Source of the DNA: Calditrichia bacterium
GTDB taxonomy: Bacteria > Calditrichota > Calditrichia > RBG-13-44-9 > J075
Assembly: GCA_050633245.1 (NCBI GenBank)
Contig: JBOEGD010000009.1
Span: 96,001 to 160,000 of the forward strand
DNA length: 64,000 nt
Direction of reading: 5' to 3'
Shown here piece after piece: positions 51,018 through 61,297 of this stretch. The position numbers were made by a program, and so were the translations under genes. The first letter of the stretch is position 1, and the number at the start of each line of letters is the position of its first letter. The notes beneath the pieces are model-generated. The model was given only the letters and a program-made list of their open reading frames with translations, had not been told where the DNA came from and made no database searches.

Positions 51018-51160
51018 TGGGGCGTTTCACTGATGGGGCGCTCTCCCGACATGTCGGGGTCGCTAATTGGACGACCCTACAGTGAGTGAAACGAGCGTCC
51101 TACCAGTCCCGACTTGTCGGGGCGTCCTACCCCCTACCAGCCCGCGCAGTGGGCGACCTA
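51018..51160. repeat. CTAC/hairpin REP-like cluster D
   Basis: CCCGAC(A/T)TGTCGGG hairpins with CGTCCTACCAG/CCTACCCCCTACCAG linkers. Confidence 0.75.
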
Positions 51161-51390
51161 TTTTATTTTTTTTTCAAAAAACCAGACGTTTTTTATAAGA
51201 TAAAGAAAGGCCGCTTCTACATGGGGGTGACCAGACCATAGAAATCAAGGCAAATTTAGTGAAACTAAATTTTGTTAAAGCTGCACAATTCACTATAATT
51301 TATCAGCGTGGTTTACAAGGCGCTCATCCCGCACGCCGGAATCAATAGTCGGGCGCTTTGCTTATAGACGATTAAGTGACAAGGTGAGGA

Positions 51391-51543
51391 GGGAGAGACG
51401 ATCTACCCACTACCAGCGAATCCGCGATAGCGGAGAGCGATCTACCCCCTACCAGCCCGACGCAGGAGGGCGGTCTACCAGTCGATCCCGACACTTCGGG
51501 AGAGACGATCTACCTCCAGCCCGACGCAGGAGGGCGGCCTAAT
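51391..51543. repeat. CTAC/hairpin REP-like cluster E directly upstream of fabH
   Basis: Tandem CGATCTAC..CTACCAG linkers; AGCCCGACGCAGGAGGGCG x2. Confidence 0.8.
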
Positions 51544-51556
51544 AACAGGAGATGAA

Positions 51557-52552
51557 ATGAAGAACTCAATAATCGTTGGTACCGGACATTACGTACCTCA
51601 GAAGGTAGTGACGAATGCCGACCTCGAAAAATTAATGGATACCTCGGACGAGTGGATACAGGAGCGCACCGGTATAAAGGAACGCCGTTGGGTAAGCGAG
51701 GGTGAAACGCAGTCGTTTATGGCCGAGAAGGCCACGCGCATGGCGCTGGATGATGCCGGGATGCAGCCGGAAGACATTGAGTTTATTGTGTTCGCCGGAA
51801 TTGCCAGTGAGTATATGTTCCCCGGTGGGGCTTGCTTTTTAGGTGAGCGCTTAGGCCTGCCCGGCGTGCCGGCACTGGATATTCGCCAGGCCTGTAGCGG
51901 CTTCGTCTATGCGCTGTCTATTGCCGATAAGTTTATAAAGACCGGCACCTATAAAAACGTGCTGGTTATTTGCAGCGAGATTCAAAGCACCAGCATTAAT
52001 AAAAGCACTGAGGGCCGCGATATTTCGGTGATCTTTGCCGACGGCGCCGGAGCCGCCATGCTGACCGCCACCGACGACAATAGCAAGGGCGTGCTAACCA
52101 CCCATTTACATGCCGACGGCAGCCACAAGGAAAAGCTGGTAGTGCGCAAACCCTCTATTAACGACCCGCAGCGCATTAGTGCCAATACACCGAACGATCC
52201 GGACGTGTACCCCTATATGGACGGACGCTTCGTCTTCAAGCACGCCATTGTAAACTTTAGCAGGGTAATTGGTGAGGCGCTGGCCGCTACCGGTAACCAG
52301 GTGTCTGACATTAATCTGCTGATCCCCCACCAGGCCAATAAGCGTATTAGCGAGATGGTAGGCAAAAAGCTCGGCCTTAGCGAAGAGCAGGTCTTCCACA
52401 ATATTCAGAAATACGGCAATACCACCGCCGCCAGTATACCCATTGGCCTCAGCGAAGCAATGCGCGAAGGACGCATAAAAAAGGGCGACCTGGTATGCAT
52501 GGCGGCCTTTGGTGCCGGCTTTACCTGGGGGAGTGTTCTGGTGAGGTTTTGA
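51557..52552 (+). CDS. fabH: 3-oxoacyl-ACP synthase III
   Basis: TSDEWIQERTGI, ACSGF, PHQAN, YGNT.AASIP. Confidence 0.95.
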   Translation: MKNSIIVGTGHYVPQKVVTNADLEKLMDTSDEWIQERTGIKERRWVSEGETQSFMAEKATRMALDDAGMQPEDIEFIVFAGIASEYMFPGGACFLGERLGLPGVPALDIRQACSGFVYALSIADKFIKTGTYKNVLVICSEIQSTSINKSTEGRDISVIFADGAGAAMLTATDDNSKGVLTTHLHADGSHKEKLVVRKPSINDPQRISANTPNDPDVYPYMDGRFVFKHAIVNFSRVIGEALAATGNQVSDINLLIPHQANKRISEMVGKKLGLSEEQVFHNIQKYGNTTAASIPIGLSEAMREGRIKKGDLVCMAAFGAGFTWGSVLVRF

Positions 52553-52584
52553 GTAAGATATTTGATTAGATAGTAATTGACCAT

Positions 52585-52760
52585 TAATGTCAATTACATG
52601 TTGAAGCTTTGGCTATACTTTAGAGACGAAAATGTCGTGCAGAGCGGAGTCGAAGCGCACATTTTCGTTAATTGAGCTGCTAAATGGTTTGTCTAAGCGC
52701 CTCGACTCCGCTCTGCGTGACAAAAATATTGATATAGATTTCAAACCGTAATTCGCATCA
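52585..52760. mobile_element. MITE/REPIN-like element
   Basis: Imperfect terminal inverted ends (TAATGTCAATTACATGTTGAA / TTCAAACCGTAATTCGCATCA) and an internal inverted pair GTCGTGCAGAGCGGAGTCGA...TCGACTCCGCTCTGCGTGAC. Confidence 0.6.
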
Positions 52761-52788
52761 TTGTTAATAAAGGGTGATTGGGAGATAA

Positions 52789-53232
52789 ATGACTATTGAA
52801 ACTTTTTCTGCAATCGCGCAGATCATAAGTTCAACGGTTGTGATCATATCAATTTTAGTTGCTCTAAGGACGCTAAGCGAAATGAAAAACGCAAGATATT
52901 TAGAGGCAATGCTTAGGATATATGATATGATTGGATCGAAAGAAGCACGAACGGACCGAAAATACGTTTGCAATAAGTTGCCAAACAACCCTGGGAAGTT
53001 AAAGGCAAAGGATTGGGAGATTGTGAACAGGATATCAACTCAATTGGACCGTATTGCAAACTTGGTTCATCATAAGTTAGTACCTGAAAAATATCTTCTT
53101 CACACACATCGGCATCTTTTCATTAAGATGTGGGAACAGCTTGAGGAGCACATAGTTTATTGCCGTTGCAAGGAAGGCGCTGAAAATCACGTTAAAAAAT
53201 TTGAAAAATTCTATAACTTCTGCAAAAATTAA
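52789..53232 (+). CDS. DUF4760-like single-TM helical protein
   Basis: N-terminal TM, 'LD.IA.LV....VP', 'W..L...I...R' pattern; AT-rich. Confidence 0.65.
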   Translation: MTIETFSAIAQIISSTVVIISILVALRTLSEMKNARYLEAMLRIYDMIGSKEARTDRKYVCNKLPNNPGKLKAKDWEIVNRISTQLDRIANLVHHKLVPEKYLLHTHRHLFIKMWEQLEEHIVYCRCKEGAENHVKKFEKFYNFCKN

Positions 53233-53237
53233 TAGAG

Positions 53238-53301
53238 CCTGGTGTGCATGGCAGCCATTGGGGCCGGAGTATACCTGGGGAGTATGTTGGTGCGGTTTTA
53301 G
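53238..53301 (+). repeat. Diverged duplicate of the last 20 codons + stop of fabH
   Basis: Reads LVCMAAIGAGVYLGSMLVRF* vs fabH LVCMAAFGAGFTWGSVLVRF* (52489..52552). Confidence 0.85.
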
Positions 53302-53419
53302 GAAGCTAGTCTTGTATTTGCACGTAATAAAAGAAACATTTCAAATTTCTTAAAAGATACCAGCTAACTAACTATATAAGTTGATTTAAATAATCGTAAC
53401 TTTAAAAGACGATTTATTC

Positions 53420-56400
53420 ATGAGAACAACCCTAAAAGTTATTGCCCTATTTTTTTCCCTCTTAATAATAACTTTTTTACAGATCGAAACAAATGAGAAC
53501 AAAAAAAGACGCCTAGCTTCTAGACTTAATGTATCATCCAACCTTGAATTAGCAGAACATTACTTTCTCCATGCCAAATATGATAGCTCACTTCAGATCT
53601 ACTCCGAACTAGTAAACTCACCAACATTGCCTCCTAAAGAGAGTATATCCTATCAGATTAAGATTGCCAATCTAAATAGTTTAAAAGGCGAACACGAATT
53701 GTCACTTCGAATTCTTGAAGAGCTAATTTGCTCTGTTAGAAGTGAAAGTGAATATTTTAAGAAAGAGCTTGAACAACTATATAGGATATATGGGCAAACT
53801 CTAAAAAGAGACGGAGAACACGAAAAGTCCTTTGAGTTTCATCGCAAAGCGCTCATGCTTTCGAGAAGGATTTATGGAGGTAATAGCCTTGAGATTGCAA
53901 AGACCTATAACAATCTTGCAATTTCATTCTTTTATATCGGAAAGTATGATAGCTCAAAGTATTATTTTAGCAAAGCCTTAGAAATAAGAACCGTAAAGTT
54001 AGGCTTGTCAAATTTAGAGGTCGCAAAACAATACAACAACCTAGGCATAATTAGTTTTCAAGCAAAAGAATATGAATTAGCATTGAGTTATTTAAATACA
54101 TCCTTAATGATAAGGAAGCGCCTTCTTAAATATCAACATCCATTAATTGCCAGCAACCTATTAAATATTGGCAATATTTATCTAACCCTCGGAAGCTTTG
54201 AATTGGCTTTATATTATCTAAACGAGTCTAATAAAATTCGACTGTCAATATTTGACAAAAACCATACATCACTTACTAAGGGATACAATTCAATAGGTGT
54301 CGCCTTTAAGAATCTTGGCCAAATTGGTAAAGCACGCAAAAACTTTCAGAGGGCATATCAAATTTCGACAGTCAACTACCGTAGACCACCCCGGAATTCA
54401 GCATACTATCTTTCAAATATTGGGGAGTCATATGCACTAGAAAACAAACATCAAATGGCTATAGAGTATCTTGAAAGAGCTAACAAAATTTTATCAAAAG
54501 CTCCACAAAGTTCTATTCCCGAAAGAGTCGAAACATGTCTACTTCTTGCCGAAAGTTACTCAGCCATATCTGACTCACAACAAGTAAACCGAAGCTTTAA
54601 CCTCGCTTACAAGCTAATCAATGCTACCTCCCCCGTAGATCATTCCATACTCGCAAAGTTCTTTTTAATTAAGGGCAAACATTACTTCAAGTCCCAACGC
54701 CTAAAAAAAGCAGACAAATATATTCAGCAAGCCGTGGATTTGGTCGAGCTTTCTTTAAACGGACAGTTAAACACTGATCATAGAAGTATTTTTACTTCGG
54801 TTAACCCAAAGCTTAAACTGCAAATTTTAAAGATTCAAAGGCAACTTTGCACTTTAAAATTATCAAAACAAAAAATCAAAAAGAATTCCAATAGCCACCG
54901 CTCTTTGGATAATTCTAAAGTTAGGAAGCAACTTCAAAGAAATGAGATGCAAACACTTATTACCTTTCAAAATCTTAAAACCTTTTTTCCAATCCTAACT
55001 ACAAGAAAAGACTTAGCCACAGGAAGAAATAACTCCAGAGAGCGGCTTCTAGCTACACGGGAAGATATACCTACTGAAGAGACTGATTCAAATAGAACTG
55101 AGTTTAGTGATCTCTGTCTGTTCATAGCTGCGACAAAACAACCAGACTTATTCTCTCATCGAGAGATGATATCAGCATTACAAAAACTTAAACTAACAGA
55201 TTCATTGCTCATAAAGTTACAAATACTTAGATCAGAAATTCAAAGGCTATCAGTTGAAATAGATAACTTTGATCCAACTTCAAATACTCCTTCATCAGCT
55301 TCGACAAACAGGCTGGAAAACGTACTTAAATTCGATGTCTTAAGCAGTTCCTTTTTCAATAGTTTAAGTAGTAGAGGTCCAACACGGTTTTCGATTAGAA
55401 ATAGGATCAATGGACTTTCACAGGAGCTTGTAAATCTTAATAGAGATACAGCAATACTAGATTTCTATTGGACTACTTCAGGCGTTTATGTTTTTGTTAT
55501 ACTAACTGACCGAATCGAAAGTTTTTTTATATCTAACTCAACCATTTCGAAGAAGAAAATAGCTACATTTCGCTCATCTGCGCTACGTTTGTCTCTTAAA
55601 AGAAACTTTCAAAGCTCTTTTTCAGAGCTATATAAATCTATTTTTGAAACTATTCACGTTAAAATAAGAAATTGTAGCGAACTAATCGTTATTCCCGATG
55701 GCCCTTTAAATTCGATTCCATTTGAAGCCTTCATTTCAAATCATAATAAGAGCAAAAGTGAAAATTTACTAGACCGCTTCAATATACGGTACAACTATTC
55801 GCTACCACTTGCGATTCGATCTCTAAGAGCCAAAAGTTTGAATAGAAAAAATGAAATAATCTCCTTTGCTCCAGCGTTTAAAACGATCCCCGCATCTTTC
55901 TCTTCTATGCTAAAACGTTACTGGTGGCCAGATCAAAGCCCAACTAATATTAGAAACAATAATATTAAAGCACTGCCACAATCAGCTAATGAAGTAACAA
56001 AGATAGCTTCGTTGTACAGCATTGCACAAAAATCAAATTTAATCTTTTTAAACGAGAACGCAACGGAGACACAATTCAAAAAGCTTGCATCAAGCGCTAA
56101 CACCATTCACCTTGCTACTCACAGCATCATCGACTCTGAAAATCCCGACAGCTCGGCCATCCTCTTTTATCTGCCCTCCGACAGCACTGCTGAAGACGAC
56201 GGCTACCTCTACCCACAGGAAATAGAATCCCTATATATACCGGCAGACCTGGTTGTCTTAAGCTCCTGCGACGGCGCAGCCGGCACTGAAGTTCCCGGTG
56301 AGGGCATCTTCACTTTGGCGCGCAGCTTTCTCATGGCTGGGGCAAATTCAGTAGTGGCATCCTTGTGGAAGGTCCCGGATGAGTTCACCAAAAAGCTGAT

Positions 56401-56536
56401 GGTAAAGTTTCATAGCTACCTGCTGGCGGGTAAAAGCAAAGCCGCTGCCCTGCGTCAGGCCAAGCTGGACTTGTTAGCAGAAAACCCGGAGCTGCCACCA
56501 AAGTTTTGGGCGGGATTTATTTTGATTGGTAGTTGA
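53420..56536 (+). CDS. TPR-repeat CHAT domain protein
   Basis: A..YNNL TPRs; IPDGPL..IPFEA, IHLATHS, VVLSSC, ASLWKV, FWAGF. Confidence 0.92.
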   Translation: MRTTLKVIALFFSLLIITFLQIETNENKKRRLASRLNVSSNLELAEHYFLHAKYDSSLQIYSELVNSPTLPPKESISYQIKIANLNSLKGEHELSLRILEELICSVRSESEYFKKELEQLYRIYGQTLKRDGEHEKSFEFHRKALMLSRRIYGGNSLEIAKTYNNLAISFFYIGKYDSSKYYFSKALEIRTVKLGLSNLEVAKQYNNLGIISFQAKEYELALSYLNTSLMIRKRLLKYQHPLIASNLLNIGNIYLTLGSFELALYYLNESNKIRLSIFDKNHTSLTKGYNSIGVAFKNLGQIGKARKNFQRAYQISTVNYRRPPRNSAYYLSNIGESYALENKHQMAIEYLERANKILSKAPQSSIPERVETCLLLAESYSAISDSQQVNRSFNLAYKLINATSPVDHSILAKFFLIKGKHYFKSQRLKKADKYIQQAVDLVELSLNGQLNTDHRSIFTSVNPKLKLQILKIQRQLCTLKLSKQKIKKNSNSHRSLDNSKVRKQLQRNEMQTLITFQNLKTFFPILTTRKDLATGRNNSRERLLATREDIPTEETDSNRTEFSDLCLFIAATKQPDLFSHREMISALQKLKLTDSLLIKLQILRSEIQRLSVEIDNFDPTSNTPSSASTNRLENVLKFDVLSSSFFNSLSSRGPTRFSIRNRINGLSQELVNLNRDTAILDFYWTTSGVYVFVILTDRIESFFISNSTISKKKIATFRSSALRLSLKRNFQSSFSELYKSIFETIHVKIRNCSELIVIPDGPLNSIPFEAFISNHNKSKSENLLDRFNIRYNYSLPLAIRSLRAKSLNRKNEIISFAPAFKTIPASFSSMLKRYWWPDQSPTNIRNNNIKALPQSANEVTKIASLYSIAQKSNLIFLNENATETQFKKLASSANTIHLATHSIIDSENPDSSAILFYLPSDSTAEDDGYLYPQEIESLYIPADLVVLSSCDGAAGTEVPGEGIFTLARSFLMAGANSVVASLWKVPDEFTKKLMVKFHSYLLAGKSKAAALRQAKLDLLAENPELPPKFWAGFILIGS

Positions 56537-56653
56537 AACATAGGGAACAAGAGATGAGCAATGAGTTGTTTTGGCGAAGGTCTAAATAAGGTAGATGAAA
56601 TACAAGTCCCACGGGATCATTTCTGACCCCATGGGGTGTTTGCTACCAATACT

Positions 56654-59533
56654 TTATTCAATCATTAACATTTTACGCGTTTGAATAATGTTTCCGGCCT
56701 CTAGTCGCAAGAAGTAAATACCACTGGCAACGCGTTGACCGCTATCATCAGTCCCATTCCACGATATGCTGTATTCACCGGCTTCAACACTCTCCTCAAC
56801 CAAGATATTCACTTTCTGCCCCAGCGCATTATAAATTATAAGACTGATGTCGGAACGCTCTGCCAGAGCGAAACGAATGGTTGTGGAAGGATTGAATGGG
56901 TTTGGATAATTACCAATAATACTGGTAGACAAACTGGTATTATTCGTAATACTATTCTTAGCCTTCGGATTGTACTGAACCTGAAACTCATGTTGTGCGC
57001 AATTATCCGTTGATGTATCAGTTATTAGCAGTTTTACGGTCAGATCGGTGCCATCCATTGTGACCGACTGTGTTGTACCCGTTCCAAGAGTCACCCAACT
57101 TCCTCCATCCTCTTTAAAAGACCACTGATAGGTATAGCTCCCTGATCCCCCGGCAACGCTAGACGTATAGGTAGCACTTTGCCCTGAACCAAGCTCAGCT
57201 GCTCCGCTAATAGATGCAGTATAAGATTGTCCGATATAGGGCCAGCTATTGTAGTTCGCCAGTGGATCGGGACGCTCCAAATAACCATATTTTTTTACCC
57301 ACTCGATCATACTTACCAAACTGGTGACGGATGAATTTCCGTAATGCCCGTCTGGAAAGGCACCGGTAGGTGAGTTTAGATCGCTTCGGGAATCCCAAAC
57401 AGATTTTATGTTCGGGTCATACGCATAAATAGTGTCTGCAAAAATTTCCCAACCAGGATATTCCGTAGTATCTGCATGAGCAGCCTCACTGCCATAACGT
57501 TTTGCCCAGTAAATAAAGTCTTTGCTATCGTTCCAGCCTTCGGACGCGGCTTCGGCTGAATCGGGCAGATGTGCATCCGGAAACAATGCTCTTAGGTCTG
57601 AACGGGAGCGCCATATGAGATGGATAGGTGAACGAGTAGTGCCAACTTCATTGTAAAGGGCAGGCGTATACACATATTCGCCATGCCCGTTGTCTAATAT
57701 CCTGGTTGCATTAATAAATTCAACCTGCGAATCGTCTATTTCTGTCGTTAGTAAAGCCAGATAAACACTGTCCGACATCCAGTTGCTGCTTTCTGTCAAG
57801 GAATAGTCCGAATAATTGCTCAGGTAATCCGGCGTATGTTCAATCATATAATCCGTAACAATGTCGCTGGAGATGCTCGGATAGCTATCATTGGGATTAG
57901 AATAGTTTTTGTTCATTATTGCCTTCGGCATATAAAAGGTATCTCGCCCATTTATCACTCCCGAGTCCACAGGAATGGTAGAAAAATAAGCAGAGCTATA
58001 GTGAATAGCTCTAGTCGCTGCGCTTGGAGATTGTCGACTCGGAGAGCTCGGTGTAGTAAGTGTTTTAATGGCATCTGTAAAGCTATGATACCAGTCATTT
58101 GTACCCGAAGTATCAATGATTGTCAGATTTCCAACTAACAAATCATCTTTAGTAATGCTAGATACGGGGTCAGGTCTCTCCCCATCTGAAGTAGCCCAAA
58201 ATTGCCAGCGAGCCTGTACATTGCCCCAACCAAAAATTACATGATAATCAGCTCCTTCATCATAAAATGCCATCATCTGGTCTTCAAAGTCATCAGATAA
58301 ATCATTTGCGGCTACTTCATGAGAACTTGCAAGTGGATCCACCATCGGATCTGTCACGGCAAATCCTTTGGTTGACAAATGCCAATTTGTTTCTGAAGAG
58401 AATCCTCTACGAGTATGGATACTTCCAGGTTGATCATCCCAGTATTCGCAAATCGAACGAGAGAAATCGGCGCTAAAATTAAAATAATCTCTAAAACCTG
58501 GTATATCGGCAACCCGGAGTCCATAAGCTTTTTCCATGAAAGGAGTTGCATCGAAATAACCGCGAAAATCAAGCCGCTTATCGTAAATACTTCCGAACTG
58601 AATTCCCATACGAAAGCCGTTAGTATTAGTTATGTCAGCAAACTCATTTGCAAGTGAGAGCAACGCCTCTGATTTAAAGCTTAGCCAATCGATACGCCCT
58701 GGTAGTAGATCATAGCCATCAGAATCTACCAATTCAAGATGCCAATTGTAATTGGCTGGATCTATAGTAAATGAATTGATTAGTGTATCACCCCATGCAG
58801 CTTCAAGTCGTGATATATCATTATCATATTTTGCCTTTAGGTACGTTATAAATGCAGTCTTCTCAAGAGCTGAGTACCCCGTCATCCGCCAGTCAGAATC
58901 AAGTTCAAATTCAGCAGTCAAGTTGATGCTCGGTGTAAATTCAATCGGTCGACGAGCTCGGCCAGAGTGATGGTTAGTGCCTTCGTAATCATATAGTAAT
59001 GGCGTATTCACCACTAATGTATCTTTGACGTGTAATACAACCTTTTCGTAGAATATTTTCATCCTATCTGTTCCAAGAGAAGATGAGGGGTGAAAATATC
59101 GATCAGACGTTCCATCACTTCCTTTTGCAATTATTTCTCCAAATTTATCCGTGTGAAATTCTTTGTCTTGATACTGCCCTTCCGAATCAGGCTCAGCCCA
59201 ATCAGGTAGAAATGATCCCATGCGAACGAGAATGTTCACATCAAGCCCTGCGTTTAAGATTTTCAATAGTGCAGCATCAAAATCAGTCCAATTGAATACA
59301 TTACGAGTCGGTTCAATGTCACTCCAAATTGCATAGAGCTGCACACCTGTTGCCCCCCAGTCATCTCGTATCGCCTCGAGCCAAAGTTGTCCGGTATCCC
59401 CTCCAAAGTCCTCGTTAATAGTCCATGGAAATGCTGTAAAATATACTCCATAAGCTTCGGAGTCTGCAGTTTTGGACTGCGCCTGCGCCATTCCGGATAG
59501 GAATAGCAGTGTTAAAAAAAATCGTTTAATCAT
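56654..59533 (-). CDS. Secreted GH42/beta-galactosidase-like TIM-barrel protein + PKD-like + FlgD/T9SS-like domain
   Basis: WSDIEP...FNW..FD..L, F..YLK.KY..I..L..AWG; SYTYQW; NYPNPFNP. Confidence 0.75.
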   Translation of the reverse strand: MIKRFFLTLLFLSGMAQAQSKTADSEAYGVYFTAFPWTINEDFGGDTGQLWLEAIRDDWGATGVQLYAIWSDIEPTRNVFNWTDFDAALLKILNAGLDVNILVRMGSFLPDWAEPDSEGQYQDKEFHTDKFGEIIAKGSDGTSDRYFHPSSSLGTDRMKIFYEKVVLHVKDTLVVNTPLLYDYEGTNHHSGRARRPIEFTPSINLTAEFELDSDWRMTGYSALEKTAFITYLKAKYDNDISRLEAAWGDTLINSFTIDPANYNWHLELVDSDGYDLLPGRIDWLSFKSEALLSLANEFADITNTNGFRMGIQFGSIYDKRLDFRGYFDATPFMEKAYGLRVADIPGFRDYFNFSADFSRSICEYWDDQPGSIHTRRGFSSETNWHLSTKGFAVTDPMVDPLASSHEVAANDLSDDFEDQMMAFYDEGADYHVIFGWGNVQARWQFWATSDGERPDPVSSITKDDLLVGNLTIIDTSGTNDWYHSFTDAIKTLTTPSSPSRQSPSAATRAIHYSSAYFSTIPVDSGVINGRDTFYMPKAIMNKNYSNPNDSYPSISSDIVTDYMIEHTPDYLSNYSDYSLTESSNWMSDSVYLALLTTEIDDSQVEFINATRILDNGHGEYVYTPALYNEVGTTRSPIHLIWRSRSDLRALFPDAHLPDSAEAASEGWNDSKDFIYWAKRYGSEAAHADTTEYPGWEIFADTIYAYDPNIKSVWDSRSDLNSPTGAFPDGHYGNSSVTSLVSMIEWVKKYGYLERPDPLANYNSWPYIGQSYTASISGAAELGSGQSATYTSSVAGGSGSYTYQWSFKEDGGSWVTLGTGTTQSVTMDGTDLTVKLLITDTSTDNCAQHEFQVQYNPKAKNSITNNTSLSTSIIGNYPNPFNPSTTIRFALAERSDISLIIYNALGQKVNILVEESVEAGEYSISWNGTDDSGQRVASGIYFLRLEAGNIIQTRKMLMIE

Positions 59534-60046
59534 GCGAATAAGCCTCCTAAAATCAAGTTCCAGTTAGTTGAATTCCCCAACTCCATACCAAAACCGATTT
59601 TTTTTCCTGGTATACGATACCTCCTTCTCCTTATAAGGTTTAATGGCTCTGAGAATTTTGACATGTGGGCTTGAGTACAACGTTTTAATGTCCCATGACC
59701 GATTATTTGGGATATAAAATAGCGCTCTCGAGCCCGGTTTTTTTGGCGCTCGCAGTAGAACTAGACATGTTGACTTTTGCTGTCTTTGATATTTTGGCAG
59801 ACAGATCCGTACGACAACTCCAAAACCGTAAGCAGGTCAATCAGTAGCGATTAGATTGAGGAAAAAGTATCAATGGAAACCTTGAAAAAATTTTCAAGGA
59901 AAGCAAGACATTTCTTTTTATATACCTGTTTTTAAACAACTTGTAAATATTTATCCAGTGGTTTTGTAGCCGGGTATTGACATCTCGTTTTTATCTGACA
60001 GACAACGGTGACAAGGTTTGTAGATTCCGCTTTCCTATCGATTTCG

Positions 60047-60103
60047 CAAAGCCCGCAGCTGCCACCAAAGTTTTGGGCGGGGTTTATTTTGGTTGGAAAT
60101 TGA
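60047..60103 (+). repeat. Orphan copy 2 of CHAT gene 3' end
   Basis: QSPQLPPKFWAGFILVGN*; contains GCTGCCACCAAAGTTTTGGGC. Confidence 0.9.
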
Positions 60104-60142
60104 ACCAGTCTTCAGAACACAGAATAAAAAGCAGGAAACTCT

Positions 60143-61297
60143 TTATTCTGGTCGTATCCAATCTAAATAGTTTTCATGATGAACGATTTTAAACTCTGAA
60201 TGTTGATAGGTGTCCAGCCAAATTTTTGGCGCTCGCGCCTTCGCCCTCGGATTCCACTTGAACTCATAGCCAAAGAGTCTCCCTTCCCTCTCCTCAACCC
60301 AATCAATTTCCTGCTGATCATAGGTTCGCCAAAAATAGTTATTGACAATCATACCGCTGTAAAGCTGGTGTTTTATTCTCTCGCTGATAATATAATTCTC
60401 CCAAAGCATGCCAATATCATTACGCAGCTCAAGAGGATTCATATTCGCAATCAAAACATTGCGCAAACCATTATCATAAAAGTACCATTTGTTCTTCTTT
60501 GCAACTTCTTTGCGCAAATTTCGACTAAACCCGCCAACTCTATGCAACACAAAGACCTTTGAAAGAAGATCAAGATATTTTTCCACTGTGTTCTTCGTCA
60601 GAGACAGCGTATTTCCCAACTCTGCCAGCGACACTTCATTACCAATCTGAAACGCAATAAGCCGCAGAAGACTTAGTATCTTATCGGAATTTTTAATATT
60701 CTCAAATGCCAGTATATCCCTCAATAGATAAGAGTTCACAATTTCGCTGAGGTAGGCGGCCTTCTCGTCATTATTATTGAGATGGACGAGCTCGGGATAG
60801 CTACCGTAAACAAGGCGCTGCCGTAAGTTGTCTCTTTTTGAAACGGAATCTTCAATTTGATCGTACTCAGAGTCAGAGAGTGAGAGCAACGTAAAGGTCT
60901 TTTTTCTACCAGTAAGCGGCTCCCCGGTATATTTACTGATGTCAAAGGCAGAGGAGCCTGTCACCAAAATTCGAATGCCGTCTATTTCATCAACCATCAG
61001 TTTCAGAATGTTGCCGATTTCCGGCACTTTCTGCGCCTCATCGATAAGCACGATGCGCTTATCCCCGAGCAAATTTTTATAATTCTGCACGCTCCGCCTG
61101 GCAAGCACTTCCTGAACGGCAAAGTCTTCGCCATTAAGCAGCATATGCGGCTCATCCAGCTTCTCAATAATTTGCTGAATTAGAACCGTTTTACCCACCC
61201 GTCTTGGCCCAAGCAGAATAACGGCCTTATTGGGCGTCAAACTTTGAAGAACTTGATCTTCTATAGATCTTTTTAAGATTAAATTTGGCATTTTCAT
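60143..61297 (-). CDS. AAA_14 ATPase with DUF4143 domain
   Basis: GPRRVGKT, IDEAQ, TGSS, K.YFYDNG, EIDWV...EFKW. Confidence 0.93.
   Translation of the reverse strand: MKMPNLILKRSIEDQVLQSLTPNKAVILLGPRRVGKTVLIQQIIEKLDEPHMLLNGEDFAVQEVLARRSVQNYKNLLGDKRIVLIDEAQKVPEIGNILKLMVDEIDGIRILVTGSSAFDISKYTGEPLTGRKKTFTLLSLSDSEYDQIEDSVSKRDNLRQRLVYGSYPELVHLNNNDEKAAYLSEIVNSYLLRDILAFENIKNSDKILSLLRLIAFQIGNEVSLAELGNTLSLTKNTVEKYLDLLSKVFVLHRVGGFSRNLRKEVAKKNKWYFYDNGLRNVLIANMNPLELRNDIGMLWENYIISERIKHQLYSGMIVNNYFWRTYDQQEIDWVEEREGRLFGYEFKWNPRAKARAPKIWLDTYQHSEFKIVHHENYLDWIRPE

Noticed and set aside
51246-51290. c-di-GMP-I riboswitch-like GGCAAA...GAAA hairpin
   Set aside because: Lacks the GACGCAAA junction and a clear second stem; would need Infernal support.
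51200-51380. Possible GIY-YIG remnant (KKGRFYMGVT) between repeat clusters
   Set aside because: Only a ~10-residue resemblance followed by stops; too weak to call.
51391-51543. Possible CRISPR array
   Set aside because: Constant parts are only ~7-15 bp, the 'spacers' are hairpins that recur, and no cas genes are present.
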